Shown here: one piece after another, positions 1-12,713 of the stretch | Position numbering within the stretch: the stretch's first letter is position 1 | How the letters are laid out: every line of letters starts with the position of its first letter | Source of the DNA: Eledone cirrhosa | Taxonomy: Eukaryota | Direction: 5' to 3' | Assembly: GCA_964016885.1 (NCBI GenBank) | Contig: OZ024751.1 | Location: forward strand, 6,138,001 to 6,202,000 | Length of the DNA: 64,000 nt | Notes under the pieces: generated by a model | What the model saw: only the letters and a program-made list of their open reading frames with translations | What the model was told of the DNA's origin: nothing | Database searches by the model: none | Translations under genes and position numbers: made by a program

Positions 1-1316
1 TGTTTATTTATTTGTTTATTTAGATGTTACTGGTTGGTTGTTTGTTCTATGTGTGTGTGTGTTTTCATTTTGTCCTTAATTGTAAGTTGTGATGTTGCTG
101 TTCCATTCATGTTTTCTATTTAATTTTGGTTGGAGTTCATTTATGTTTATTGCCTCTGTGATTTGTCTAAACATTATGTCTTTTCTGTGTGTAGATTCTA
201 TTTTTATTTCTATGTTCTCTAATTTACCCTTATGTTCTATTTTAGCATGTTGGTAGAGTACAGATGATTCTTTACTATCTTGAAGCTCTCGCCAGTGTTG
301 ATTTATCCGTTCCCCTATACTACGAGCTGTCGCACCTATGTACACTATATTTTTATCTCTACATTGTCCTTCAGTACATCTTATGCTATATACTACATTT
401 CTAGTTTTACAGTTAATATGGGGGCTTAATTTACAGATTACACATTTCTTATCTATACAGGGAGGTCTTTGAAAAGGGTATGTATTGCTAATAACTGTTT
501 TTATGGAGGTACCTGGTCTTTCTACTATCTTAATATTGAGTTTATGTTTATCTAGGGCCCTTCTAAATTTGTAAGCTAATTCACCTCTAGGGGTTGTATC
601 AATGAACATTACACTCTGGTATTTATTGCTATCATACCATGAGTTTATTCTATTAACCTTATTCCTAGTTCTTTCTATTCTATTCCAAAATTTGCTCCTA
701 TACAAGGAGCAGGTCCCATTTGTGTCATTATTTACCATTTTTTCCCATTTGGTTCTGGCTCCTCTATATACTCTGATTTTATCTCTCTGATTGTAATCAG
801 AGAACTGCATACGGTGGATGAAGTGTTGTATGTGTCTCTCTAGTTCTTTGGGGTTGCACATGCGGGACACGTTTCTCATCACCCGTACCAAATCCGCAAT
901 CAGTATGTTGATTTTGGTATAGTCCGAAACAGCTGAGTTTCGGTGGATCAGATATTTGAAAGTCATGGGTTTGGCATAATGGGAATGGAGGATTTGTTTT
1001 TTGTTATTAATGGTATCTAACCAGAACTCTGTGTCTAGTACAAGTAATCGATGGTTGGGGTGTTTGCTTGGGTAGTCTATAGTAACTCTAATACTCTGGT
1101 GGATGGAGTTAGCTATTTGCTGGATGCTTTCCATGGTGTTTTTCTCTAATTCCTGACTGTTCTCTAGTGGGGGTGTTTTTACTACGATGTTTATATCATC
1201 AACGTAGTGGGAGTACATTATCAGGGTTAAGGGGTTGCTGTCTTCTAATTGTTCTTTAAGTTTAAGTTTAAGTCTACTGTCCCACCATACCATGAATAGG
1301 TTAGCTATGTCACCTA
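1..1316 (-). mobile_element. Penelope-like retroelement (Neptune-like), 5'-truncated, 3' end runs off the window
   Basis: Contains ORF 76..1293. Upstream codons GDIANLFMV continue RT motif B to about 1316. (TA)n follows. Confidence 0.85.
76..1293 (-). CDS. Partial Penelope-like RT + GIY-YIG endonuclease
   Basis: YVDD catalytic motif, HYAKPM thumb region, linker Cys cluster CIDKKCVIC, and NVVYSIRC...YIGATARSIGERINQH...ITEAINI (GIY-YIG). Confidence 0.85.
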   Translation of the reverse strand: MVWWDSRLKLKLKEQLEDSNPLTLIMYSHYVDDINIVVKTPPLENSQELEKNTMESIQQIANSIHQSIRVTIDYPSKHPNHRLLVLDTEFWLDTINNKKQILHSHYAKPMTFKYLIHRNSAVSDYTKINILIADLVRVMRNVSRMCNPKELERHIQHFIHRMQFSDYNQRDKIRVYRGARTKWEKMVNNDTNGTCSLYRSKFWNRIERTRNKVNRINSWYDSNKYQSVMFIDTTPRGELAYKFRRALDKHKLNIKIVERPGTSIKTVISNTYPFQRPPCIDKKCVICKLSPHINCKTRNVVYSIRCTEGQCRDKNIVYIGATARSIGERINQHWRELQDSKESSVLYQHAKIEHKGKLENIEIKIESTHRKDIMFRQITEAININELQPKLNRKHEWNSNITTYN

Positions 1317-1362
1317 AAGAATCTTGCTAAACAAATTCAGAAACGAAATATACGTATATATG

Positions 1363-1445
<83 letters not shown>

Positions 1446-1471
1446 TTATATATATACATCTGTCTGTGTGT

Positions 1472-1514
<43 letters not shown>

Positions 1515-1579
1515 CACTTTTGATGTAAAAGAGAACACCCTAGTGGCATATATGAAGCACATTACATTCTAGTATTAAT

Positions 1580-1764
1580 TGTTTCTACTTTAGGCAGAAG
1601 GCCAGCAATTACCCAGTGCATTACTGGTACTTTATTTTATCGACCCCGTAAGGATGAAAGGCAAAGTCAACCTCGGCGGGATTTGAACTCAGATCGTAAA
1701 GGGACGTAACTATGCTGGAAAGCATGGTGTCCAACCCTCTACCGATACTGCCAATCCACCGCCC
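1580..1764 (-). mobile_element. tRNA-derived SINE, family 1 (Nin/Deu-like core)
   Basis: A-box TGGCAGTATCGG, B-box GAGTTCAAATCC and core GCCTTTCATCCTTACGGGGTCGATAAA. TSD TACATTCTAGTATTAAT at 1563-1579 and 1765-1781. Confidence 0.85.
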
Positions 1765-2083
1765 TACATTCTAGTATTAATACATTCTAGTATTAATAAC
1801 AACCAGTTTCTTAAGAGACATAACAAGAATGTTTGGACATTGGAAACCATAGAGCACCAATAAAATGTATTAGCATATTTAGATATATCCCTAAGATATA
1901 TTCTCAGCTGAATTATTCTTAAATGGAAATGTAATATACTTTTTGGAATGAAACCATACTCATAGTCGTTATTAACAGGTGACATGAAATGAAGTACTCA
2001 ATTGGTAACGGAAGTTGATTCTAGGAGCATGTAAACGAAACATTTTTGTTTTATATATATTTACATTTTACAAAGTACACTAC

Positions 2084-2170
<87 letters not shown>

Positions 2171-2184
2171 TCCCTCTTTCTCTT

Positions 2185-2262
<78 letters not shown>

Positions 2263-3985
2263 TTGTGTGACTGTAGGTATATTGAATAATGTTATGTACG
2301 GTTCTCATCCAAATGCTATTAGCAAATGTTTATTGCTATATCTATCTTCACATCTACACACAAACTACTTTCCGTATTTGTTTTACTTTAAAGATTTTTA
2401 GAAATATATTTTCATAACATGGCTTCTTTACCCGTCAGAGATCGAATTGTGCCGTAAATGACTGCGGTAGAACGTATACATGTTATCAACTTGAAACGTT
2501 CTATAAGACTTCATTTAGAAGTAACTGGCATCCAAAACCCCATAAAATTCCATACAGCTGATTTGAAATAACAGTAATTTTATATTAGAGTTATGTCATA
2601 TAGTAAGTAGCAGCAAGCTCGGTATTCATAGTGTTCAACTAGAGATTCTGAATATACAGTTTCAGTTAGAAAAAGGCAGTAATCTGAAATTGAATAATGT
2701 CCTCTGGCAGGGAGATTACGATTAGGATATTCGATAAAATATAATTTACGAACGCTTCCTGACAATTTTTGACATTACTGACATATTTTACACAAGCAAG
2801 GTTTGCTGCGAAATAAAGTAAGTTATTTTGTACATGTGATCTATAATTTCTTCGGTAGAAATGTCGTTACAGCACTGTCGCATTTCTTTCTTTTTATGCA
2901 GCATTTGTATATCCAAAAGTGTATTAGAAGTGTATTGAGAATCAGATAGTTAATCTACGAGCATCTTTGGAAATCAATGTGAACCAAATTTGGACTTGGA
3001 GTCTCGCAGTATGAATGTCATTTGCAATATTCTAATAGAATGGTCTACGTAGAATAGATAGAAGCAAATATTATCGATCAGCATTTTATATTATCTTGAT
3101 TTAGGAATACCCACAGAAAATGCTAATACACGTGTGTTCTGTTTATGCAGCAGTAGAGTATGCAAGTATTTTGGGTTATTTAACAATATAAGCAATTATA
3201 ATATTAACAATGCCGGTACCTTCTCAGATTAACATGCGAAGACCGTCAACTGCGTTTAAGAAAGATTTCTACATAAAACTTATGCAACGAATTCACCAAA
3301 AATCCTTTCGCAAAATATATATACGCTAGTTCTTTTTCTAATATCTAATATTACATACGCAGCAAGGGTTTTGAAAGGAACATGATATTAGCTGACGTTG
3401 CAAATAATATTGATAAAATGTAAACAAAATTGTCACTAGTGTATACCCAATATAAGATGGATCAAACTGTAGAGAGGTGTATATTTTTAAATATAGGATC
3501 TTATGACAGGGAAAAGATCACTATTATTGTATATGATAGTGTAAATGTGTTGACAACGTCTGAACCATGGAATTAAAATACATTACATTTAAACATAGCT
3601 AATATCAATAATAGACATGCGTAGTGAAAACAGTTTCCTTTGCCATGGTTACCTCTTCTTTCCCTTCTTCCTTTATAAAGAACAATTATATATTATTGGG
3701 GAGAAAACTTTCTGAGTTTCTAAATATTTTCGTATATTTTATAGTGTAACACACATCCGACTATTTCACAACTTTACATTAGTATACCGGTAGGAACGAT
3801 TTGCTTCGTTCTTCCTTGGTTTCTACGCTCTGAGTTTAAGACCCACCTTTGCCTGGTACATAGTTGATAAACACAACTCCAGATAACTTCTGGGGTTGAT
3901 TCTTCCCCTCTCACATTACACTGTAAGGAAGATTGCGGGAGAACACTACGCGAATTACTTTGCGGCAAAATGAAAAGGGTTTTAA

Positions 3986-4205
3986 CCCTTTAATGTTCAA
4001 ACCGGCCAAAACCGGCCAGAATTCTCTACCTTTTTCTGTTGAAACTGGCTATAACTGGTCGCTCAAACTGATGTTAAGTTATTGTTCTCAAAATAAATAC
4101 TTTCAAAATCTCATATATTCAATATTATGTGAGATATTTATGTGAGATAAAGCATTTATCATGAAAATATAATAGTATATATAGAGTAATGTAAAGGCTA
4201 AAGGG
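3986..4205. mobile_element. Possible piggyBac-type MITE
   Basis: TTAA|CCCTTTA...TAAAGGG|TTAA ends, 220 bp, non-coding. Only 7 bp of clean TIR. Confidence 0.45.
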
Positions 4206-4347
4206 TTAAGGTGAGTTTAGCGGCCTCTTCATATAAATATCACAATTATGGCAAGCCATCGAAAGTGCTAAACAAGTACCGCACTACATTGAACATAAAT
4301 AATAAGAATGTTTTAATTTCTATTTATGTAGAAATAAAAAAAAGGAT

Positions 4348-4683
4348 AAAGACGCCCTTCGGACATGGATGACTCTAGGATTTTCACCTACAAAGTTCAC
4401 CTACGAGGAGTAAATCTTGGAAAGGTTGTTTGTGTAAGACCAACAGTATCCCATGCATACCGGTTTTTCCTCTTCCCGCCTCTGATGTTGTCCAAGGGAA
4501 AGGTAATGGCCGATACATCTTGGCACCAGTGACATCGAAACTCATATCCATAGCTGGTAACCTGTAGCAACATGAAATAAAGTGTCTTGCTCAAGGACAC
4601 AATGCATCACACGGTCCGGGAATCGAAATCTGAACCCCACGATTGGAAGCGCAACACTCTAGCCAACCATTAAGCCATGCACC
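4348..4683 (-). mobile_element. tRNA-derived SINE, family 2 (CORE-like)
   Basis: tRNA-like head (TGGCTTAATGG...TTCGATTCCCGG) followed by TGTGTCCTTGAGCAAGACACTTTA. Homologous to 4950-5081 and 6868-7158. Confidence 0.75.
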
Positions 4684-4949
4684 TTCATTATGCAGAAATA
4701 AACTTCATATATTTCATGAAACTCGAATGGTTGTCTTTTTAACGTAACCTCTTGTATGCAAAGCGAAACACTTTTTATTATGAATCGAAATAAGGAAGTA
4801 GACAAGATAGGCTCTAACTGAAACAACAATTTACATCCTTTTATAAATGTTATTTTACATATAAAGGAACGATCGACTTTCGTCAAATCGGACCGAGGGA
4901 ACAATGTTTCCGTTGGTCTTTCCAATTGCTAATACTATCTATCGGTCGC

Positions 4950-5081
4950 AACTCCAGGTAGAAGGAGCAACGTGAAATAAAGTGTCTTGCTCAAGGACAT
5001 AACGCATCGCCTGGTCCAGGAATCGAACTCACAGCCTTACGATTGCGAATCCAATTCTCTAACCACTCAGCCACACGCCTT
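4950..5081 (-). mobile_element. SINE family 2, 5' half
   Basis: GGCGTGTGGCTGAGTGGTTAGAG head, GAGTTCGATTCC B-box and the same CORE-like motif. Confidence 0.75.
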
Positions 5082-5676
5082 AACATATATACGGTGAAAA
5101 GAAACACATTTACACACATATACTAACACAGCACAGTTAACGTGTTCTTTAAATAATCAAGTAGAGCAGAACTATAATTAAATGATGGCAGATAGAACGA
5201 AAAGTATGGCAATTCCTTTGAAAGTGAATGTAATATTTACTTCTGATGTATACACAATTCTTTTCACAGTGATAAAACTAGACGACATTTCACTTCAGGA
5301 GAGATAACGCAAAATACTTGCCATTCATTTATTCTAGTCTTTATCTAGCAGAGACACAGTTGCCACATAATATTGTAGTGTTAAAGAAGATATTCTTGAG
5401 GTTACTTCTTTAAACGTAATAAAGGCAACTAAATATTGTGTCAGATAATAAACTACAGAGGGTAATACTAAAATTATGTATACCTATACATCGATATCTC
5501 AAAAATGAGATAGAGAACCGGAATCAAATCACGGTTAAACACCTCTCGTTTCTCAATTCTTCACCAATTTCTTAGCACATAAGCATAGTTTCCAATCAGC
5601 TATCATTAACATTTAACATTTAATACTTGGTAATGCTTGCTTGAAAAGTACTTTAGGAGGTATTATTATACTTGGT

Positions 5677-5852
5677 GGTAGATTGGCAGTCTCGGTAGAG
5701 GGTCGGACGCCATGCGTTGGCGTATAGAGTTACGGCCCTTGCCATTCTGAGTTCATATACCACCGTGGTTAACTTTGCCTTTCATTCTTATGGGGTCAAT
5801 AAAATAAAGTACCAGTAATGCACTGGGTAATTGCTGGCCAAAAGTAGAAACA
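5677..5852 (+). mobile_element. SINE family 1
   Basis: Homologous to 1580-1764. 15-bp TSD ATTATTATACTTGGT at 5662-5676 and 5853-5867. Confidence 0.85.
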
Positions 5853-6031
5853 ATTATTATACTTGGTATGATGCTTTTACGACCAGTCTTACAAACTCCG
5901 TGTTTGCAATTTCCAGATACACAGCATGGTGATGGCTCGTCATACTGAACTCTGAATATCTATTTCTACTGAATGAAGCTAGGAAAACATTTTATTGTTG
6001 TAATAAACTGATTATTCTAGAAATACTACTA

Positions 6032-6252
6032 TTTCTTCTTCTTCTTCTTCTTCTTCTTCTTCTTCTTCTTCTTCTTCTTCTTCTTCTTCTTCTTCTTCTT
6101 CTTCTTCTTCTTCTTCTTCTTCTTCTTCTTCTTCTTCTTCTTCTTCTTCTTCTTCTTCTTCTTCTCCTCCTTCTCCTCCTCCTCCTCCTTCTTCTTCTTC
6201 TTCTTCTTCTTCTTCTTCTTCTTCTTCTTCTTCTTCTTCTTCTTCTTCTTCT
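6032..6252. repeat. (CTT)n microsatellite, i.e. the (GAA)n tail of the adjacent RTE fragment
   Basis: Direct reading. A short CTC patch lies at about 6165-6188. Confidence 0.95.
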
Positions 6253-6560
6253 TGAGAACGTGGGGGCAGAGTCCTGAAAACACTCCTTCAACCGGTTCCT
6301 ATTTGAAGCAACCATCTCCAATAGTTCCGGCTGGTCCCGAAGCGAGACCAGCCAACCTCATGGATCTTATCCAACCATCTTGCACGGGCTCTACTCCTGG
6401 GACTCCTGCCGGCTGGTTTTTCCAGTAACAATCTTTCAATTCTCTCTATTCCGAGAAGTAGTGGCTCTACCTGGAGTGCTTCTCTGATCTACGCACTCTA
6501 TAGAGTAATATTACCCCAACGATCCTTCCGAGAAACCCGATTTCGGTCATTACTAATATT
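6253..6560 (-). mobile_element. RTE-clade LINE 3' fragment
   Basis: Minus-strand peptides EIGFLGRIVGVILLYRVRRSE and GRSPRSRARARWLDKI match the RTE C-terminus. Ends in a (GAA)n tail. Confidence 0.7.
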
Positions 6561-6867
6561 TCTCTAGCTTTATAATTCCAACTATCTATAGCAACAAATG
6601 GTATATAATTTACAATTAGAAGTGTTTCCTTTCGGAAAACTAAAATGTTTCGCAATTTCACACTTCAGAAAAAGTGGTAAATTGATAAATTGTAACGCCG
6701 TTTTGTGGAAAAAATAAAATCTAAAATAATTTCACCTTTCATATCATGTGTTGAATAATTAGCATCATTTCACTATGTTTGAGATACTACTGCGTAGAGA
6801 GACGATGAGAGAATGTGGAAACACAATGGTGTAAAGGACATAGTAACATAATTTGTAAATAAATGTG

Positions 6868-7158
6868 GTTAAGGTAAAGACACACTTGGGGCCCGAATGA
6901 CCATGGAATTTGCACCTAGAGGTATAAGTCTGGGCAAGATGTGTACCCATGTATATCATTCTATCCTTTTCATGCCATCGACGTTGTGCAATCGAAAGGT
7001 AAAGGCCGATACAACCGGGCACCAATGATGTCGCAACTCTACAGCTGTCTAAACCAGAGCGACGTGAAATAAAGTGTCTTGCTCAAAAACACAACACACA
7101 GCCCGGTCCGGGAATCAAACTCATAACTTCCCGATTGCAAGCCCAACATTCTAACCTT
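6868..7158 (-). mobile_element. SINE family 2
   Basis: Homologous to 4348-4683. A further 3' fragment lies at about 7252-7350. Confidence 0.7.
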
Positions 7159-9243
7159 GCATAAATAAATGTGGTTATCTGCACGTTACATTAAATTGCA
7201 TCAGAATATACATGTTGACATGGGATCGGTATTAAGATGTTGTCTTTAGTTAGGGTAAGGGTGAATTGATGCCCTTGTCACGAATGATCATGGGATCTGT
7301 ACCTAGAAAGTCCCATTCAGAGGCATACGTTCGGGAAAGGTTCTATGTGGAAGTCATGCGGCTTCTCTTTGTCTTTAGTTAGATAATCATAAATAAAACA
7401 ATAACTGTTTTTCTTAGTTATTATATGAACAATAACAAATGTAACGATGAAGTCTCGTCAGGTTAAATGACATCACATTTATTCCATTAAATACTGTCAC
7501 AGATATTTAATATTGACAGCCGAACAGAGCCTGAAGACTGAATAAATGGAGGAAAGAAAACATTTAATGTTTAAATAACCTTTTTTGTATTATCTGAAAC
7601 ACGTGGAATTAAATCATTGGGAGTGTTGTTTATAGACATAGAAAAACAACTAGTAAATTAAGGCCGGCAGACTACGATTTTAAACTACAAAGTAAATTGC
7701 AGAGCTACAAATCCTTAATTTTTATAGACTCTGTTGTGAGCTTATATTTTTACTTGAGCGAAGTAATCGCACCTTTGAAACTGTGACGTATGCAGCTAAG
7801 AATGGACACGAGAGAATTGGCGCGATTTAATTCCATCTTAGTTAGTTGCAATAAATGACATTTGACACCGAAACTATTATGCTGTCGACAGTTTCCTGAC
7901 TGGAATTAGATGATGTGGCCGCTAGTAGAATCTAATTTTAATACACCATTATTTCATCAAACATTAAAAGGATACAGTCATATATCATCCATATTTATCT
8001 TATACATATCTCTCTATTCTCTATCCCTGCCTCTCTATTCTTCCATAACGTCCTCTGTCTCTCTTTTCCCATCTTACACCTAATCTAGTCTACAAAATTG
8101 AATAAAAGCATATTGGCATGTCTTAAAATACGTACAGTGACATCTTGTTTATATGCAATTCATAGTTTCCGAAACGTTTTAGGTACATCATTTCTTTTAC
8201 AAAAGATTACCAAATTTCTTTTCAAAAAGAAATACAAGCTTACATTCCAATATATATGTTTTCTACTTTCTGTATTAAATCAATGCTTATTCGTTTTTGT
8301 CTAGTTTCTTCTTTTGTGGATCGCTTAAAATTATTTTTGCTTTGCAGAAAATAACAATTTTATTGAATGATGACGCAACAAAATGAGAACAATAAACAAT
8401 AAATGCCATATTGTTGAAGCTTCCAATGAATGGTTGAATTTACGTTGAGAGGAAATTGCCTTTTTTACTTGATGTAATTCTCCACTCTTAGCTTTTATCG
8501 TGTCAAATTTTGATGATAAGAAAAGAAGCACATGTTTCTTTATGATGGATATGCATTAAAGATACCAGAGACATACGTACGTAGATGCATACATATATAC
8601 ACAACCACACATAAATACAAACACTCACAAACATACACACAGGCCTACATACCTACAAGTCCACAAACAAACGCACATATAAATGTGTATGTATAAATAC
8701 ATACCTTTATATATATATGTATGAATGTATGATGTATGTACACACACACACACACACGCACACACACCTACATACACACACACACACACACATACATACA
8801 CACATACACACACACACATATATATTTATATATATATATATGTATGTAAAAACTAAACAGAAATAAGAAAGCAAACGACACACTATATTGAAGCAATATA
8901 TTGGTTTAATGCTTGAAATAGCAGGGAAAAATGACTTAATGTTTCGGACACTAGTCATTCATCAGAAGGATAGAGTTAGAAATAGAAAGATAAATAGAGA
9001 AAAAGAAGGAAAGTGGAATAGTGAGAAAACAAGGAGCAAAAAGCAGACATGTGTGCGTGCATCTAACTACATGAACATAGAATCTGAGCTGTGTTCTATC
9101 AATTCATAGAAGTAGCGACTCTACCTTGAGTGACTCTCTGATCAAGCTACACATTTAATGAGTACCAGATTCTTTCGGTCATTACCCAAGATTCATGAAC
9201 ATTGGTAAGGTATGGCACGAATACTGAGTTGTCGCAGCGTAGC

Positions 9244-9386
9244 AGGTGGGGAATTGGCAGAGTCGTTGGAAGGTCTGATAGAATGCTTTATGGTATTCTT
9301 TCCGGGTCTCTGCTCTCTGAGTCCAAATTCCACCAAGCTCACCTTTACCTTCCATCCATTCGAAATGGATAAACAAAGTACCAGTC
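9244..9386 (+). mobile_element. Old diverged copy related to SINE family 1
   Basis: TGGCAGAGTCGTT head, GAGTCCAAATTCC B-box remnant and CCTTCCATCC...GATAAACAAAGTACCAGT core. Confidence 0.6.
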
Positions 9387-10962
9387 TAGGACTAGGGTCG
9401 ATTCTTCCTCTATACCTCTTTGTCATTTTCCTCTGTCTCACTTTCTATTTATTTCTGGAAGAAATCTGCTGTACTCAGGTGTGGAGAGGGATGGGCTCCC
9501 CCAGACTTAAAATGCCCAAGAAACTTGTATGTCAATAAGGCGCCCCTACGACTCTATCAGGAGTTACGGGACCATGCATACATAAATACATACATATACA
9601 GGAGCGAAAAGCATTGTTAGAGATAACGCATCTTTGAAAGAAATGTTCTAGAAAGAAAGCACTTTTCATTTTTCCCTTTTTCATTCCCATGGAATTTTTG
9701 CAACACACACACTTACACACACACACACACATACACACACACTCACACACACACGCACACGCACACACACAGGCACACGCACACACACACACACAATCAC
9801 CCATCCAAACACACAGAGATATAAACACATACACACATATATATATGTACGTATAGTACTAAACTTATCAGGACTTATGATTCTACTCATATGCATAACT
9901 CCCATTCTGGATAGAACCAAAATATACAGGGATTAGAAATCGGAGTTTCGGAATTTCCAACACTAATTTAATCATGATCGCATTTCTTATAATTATCTTC
10001 GACTGATGACTGTGAAGTCTAAATTTTAAAATCTTAAACTTTTAATTCTAAATTTTTAATTTCAATTCTAATTTCATTTTCCAATGTGAAATTATATAAA
10101 TCATAGCATTAAGTTGTATTCTCAGTTTTCGGTTAATGGTCAGTTCATTATCCTGTCATAAAATGGTTGTAGTGACACATATACCCAACCAGAGAATTCT
10201 GGTAGGCGGCTGCCAGCATCTGCTGGAGACCAAAATTAGTAGTAAAAAACAGTTTTTGGCTGGATTGATCAAAAACCTAATTTGTTGTCCGTCCCTTTGA
10301 ATCATGGTCTAGATTACCCCGGAAACGTAACCTATTTACTTAATGTTGCTGTCTGATGAGTCAACATGAATGGTTACGTAAACTCAAGTGGTCACGTCCG
10401 TCACTGAAATATGTAACACAGTTTTATTAATAAAGGACTATATAACCTCTATACTGTCACATTTTCCTCCTTCTTTCATATATATATATGTATATATACA
10501 AATAGAATATAGAGTTATACACTCATAAAAATACCGTGCAATTATTAAGCTCAAAGTAAAAATACTGTGCATTTTATAATATATATAAAGGAATAAACAC
10601 AGTGAATTGTGTGTTTAGAATTACAAGGGTAGTAAGACAACGTTGGTTTGACGAATAGAAACTCTGAATCAAACGGAAAATACAAGATAAATTAAAATGT
10701 ACTGACCGTTTCAATAACTATTATCTCACGGAGATATTAGAGATTAATCTGTTTGGCCCTGAAAAGTTGTGTTTGTAAAAGATAATCCGGAGGCAGTCCT
10801 CGGCGTGAGATGAGATCATATGCAACAAAGACCTATGAGAGTAGGTAAACGAAATAAACACAAGGTAATGAAGTACCTCGTGTGCTCGTCGTTTCAAGAG
10901 GCGTGGCTGGATTGTAAAACAGCAAGAAATAATAGTCTAAATTAACCCAACTTGTTAACTCA

Positions 10963-11020
<58 letters not shown>

Positions 11021-11025
<5 letters not shown>

Positions 11026-11166
11026 TAACAGATTAAAGTTTAATAAAAGAATCGCTGCTTTCACCCTTAACGGGATCTTCTGAAACTAAAAAAATATTTT
11101 TTAGTTTCAGAAGATCCCGTTAAGGGTGAAAGCACCGATTTTTGCTTAAACTTTAATCTGTTATTT
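11021..11166. repeat. Palindromic element (~70-bp arms) beside (TA)n
   Basis: Arms are reverse complements about a centre near 11097. Confidence 0.85.
11103..11152 (+). ncRNA. Type I hammerhead-like motif, CAGAAGA core variant
   Basis: AGTTT-CAGAAGA-TCCC(GTTAA)GGGT-GAAA-GCA(ccgatttt)TGC-TT-AAACT. Stems I-III all pair. Confidence 0.6.
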
Positions 11167-11330
11167 CAATAAATATTTGCTCTACGTTTCTTATATATCT
11201 GATATATATTTATCCTTTCGAGCCCTCTTTGGGTTTTAGTCTTCAAATTTATTATTTTTACTATATATATATATACATATATATTGTGAGCTAACAAGTT
11301 GGGTGAATATACAGACACACACACACACAT

Positions 11331-12079
<749 letters not shown>

Positions 12080-12262
12080 TTATATATTGCTCTGATTATT
12101 AATTATTTAATTAATTCGTCAGAGCCACACCGTGAATGGTTGCCCAAAACATATATAAATCTATGGCTTTGTCTAGTTTTTATGTATATACGATTTAAAT
12201 TATATATATATATATATACATATAGAGATTACAATAATCAAAGTTCAGTTTAAGTCATTTAT

Positions 12263-12311
12263 TTGCTTACAATTGTTTCCTCCAAACCGAGGTTTGGATT
12301 CTTCGGAGCAA
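12263..12311 (-). ncRNA. Type I hammerhead motif (inverted copy of 14920-14968)
   Basis: Exact reverse complement of the plus-strand motif. Confidence 0.65.
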
Positions 12312-12449
12312 CTATTTACTGATCTATAACATACTTGACCACCTTTTCAACCCAAGAGACATATAAAACATATGCGCATATTGATCAACAGTGGGGTGAC
12401 ATTCATCAAATGATATAGCATGGCAATTTACATATACAGGTTACAGGAT

Positions 12450-12713
12450 AAAAATAAAAATAAAAATAAAAATAAAAATAAAAATAAAAATAAAAATAAA
12501 AATAAAAATAAAAATAAAAATAAAAATAAAAATAAAAATAAAAATAAAAATAAAAATAAAAATAAAAATAAAAATAAAAATAAAAATAAAAATAAAAATA
12601 AAAATAAAAATAAAAATAAAAATAAAAATAAAAATAAAAATAAAAATAAAAATAAAAATAAAAATAAAAATAAAAATAAAAATAAAAATAAAAATAAAAA
12701 TAAAAATAAAAAT
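12450..12713. repeat. (AAAAAT)n, about 44 units
   Basis: Direct reading. Confidence 0.95.

Noticed and set aside
4600-5081. tRNA genes
   Set aside because: The A/B boxes belong to SINE heads and no complete cloverleaf is present.
2400-10100. Host-gene exons in the unique-looking AT-rich stretches
   Set aside because: No ORF with recognisable homology. Small exons cannot be excluded without RNA-seq.
10347-10421. Hammerhead candidate CTGT-CTGATGA...GAAA-TATGTAAC-ACAG before AATAAA
   Set aside because: Stem II base and cleavage triplet do not fit. At most a decayed pLTR relic. The same applies to weaker traces at about 10700-10825, 11175-11255 and 25333-25395.
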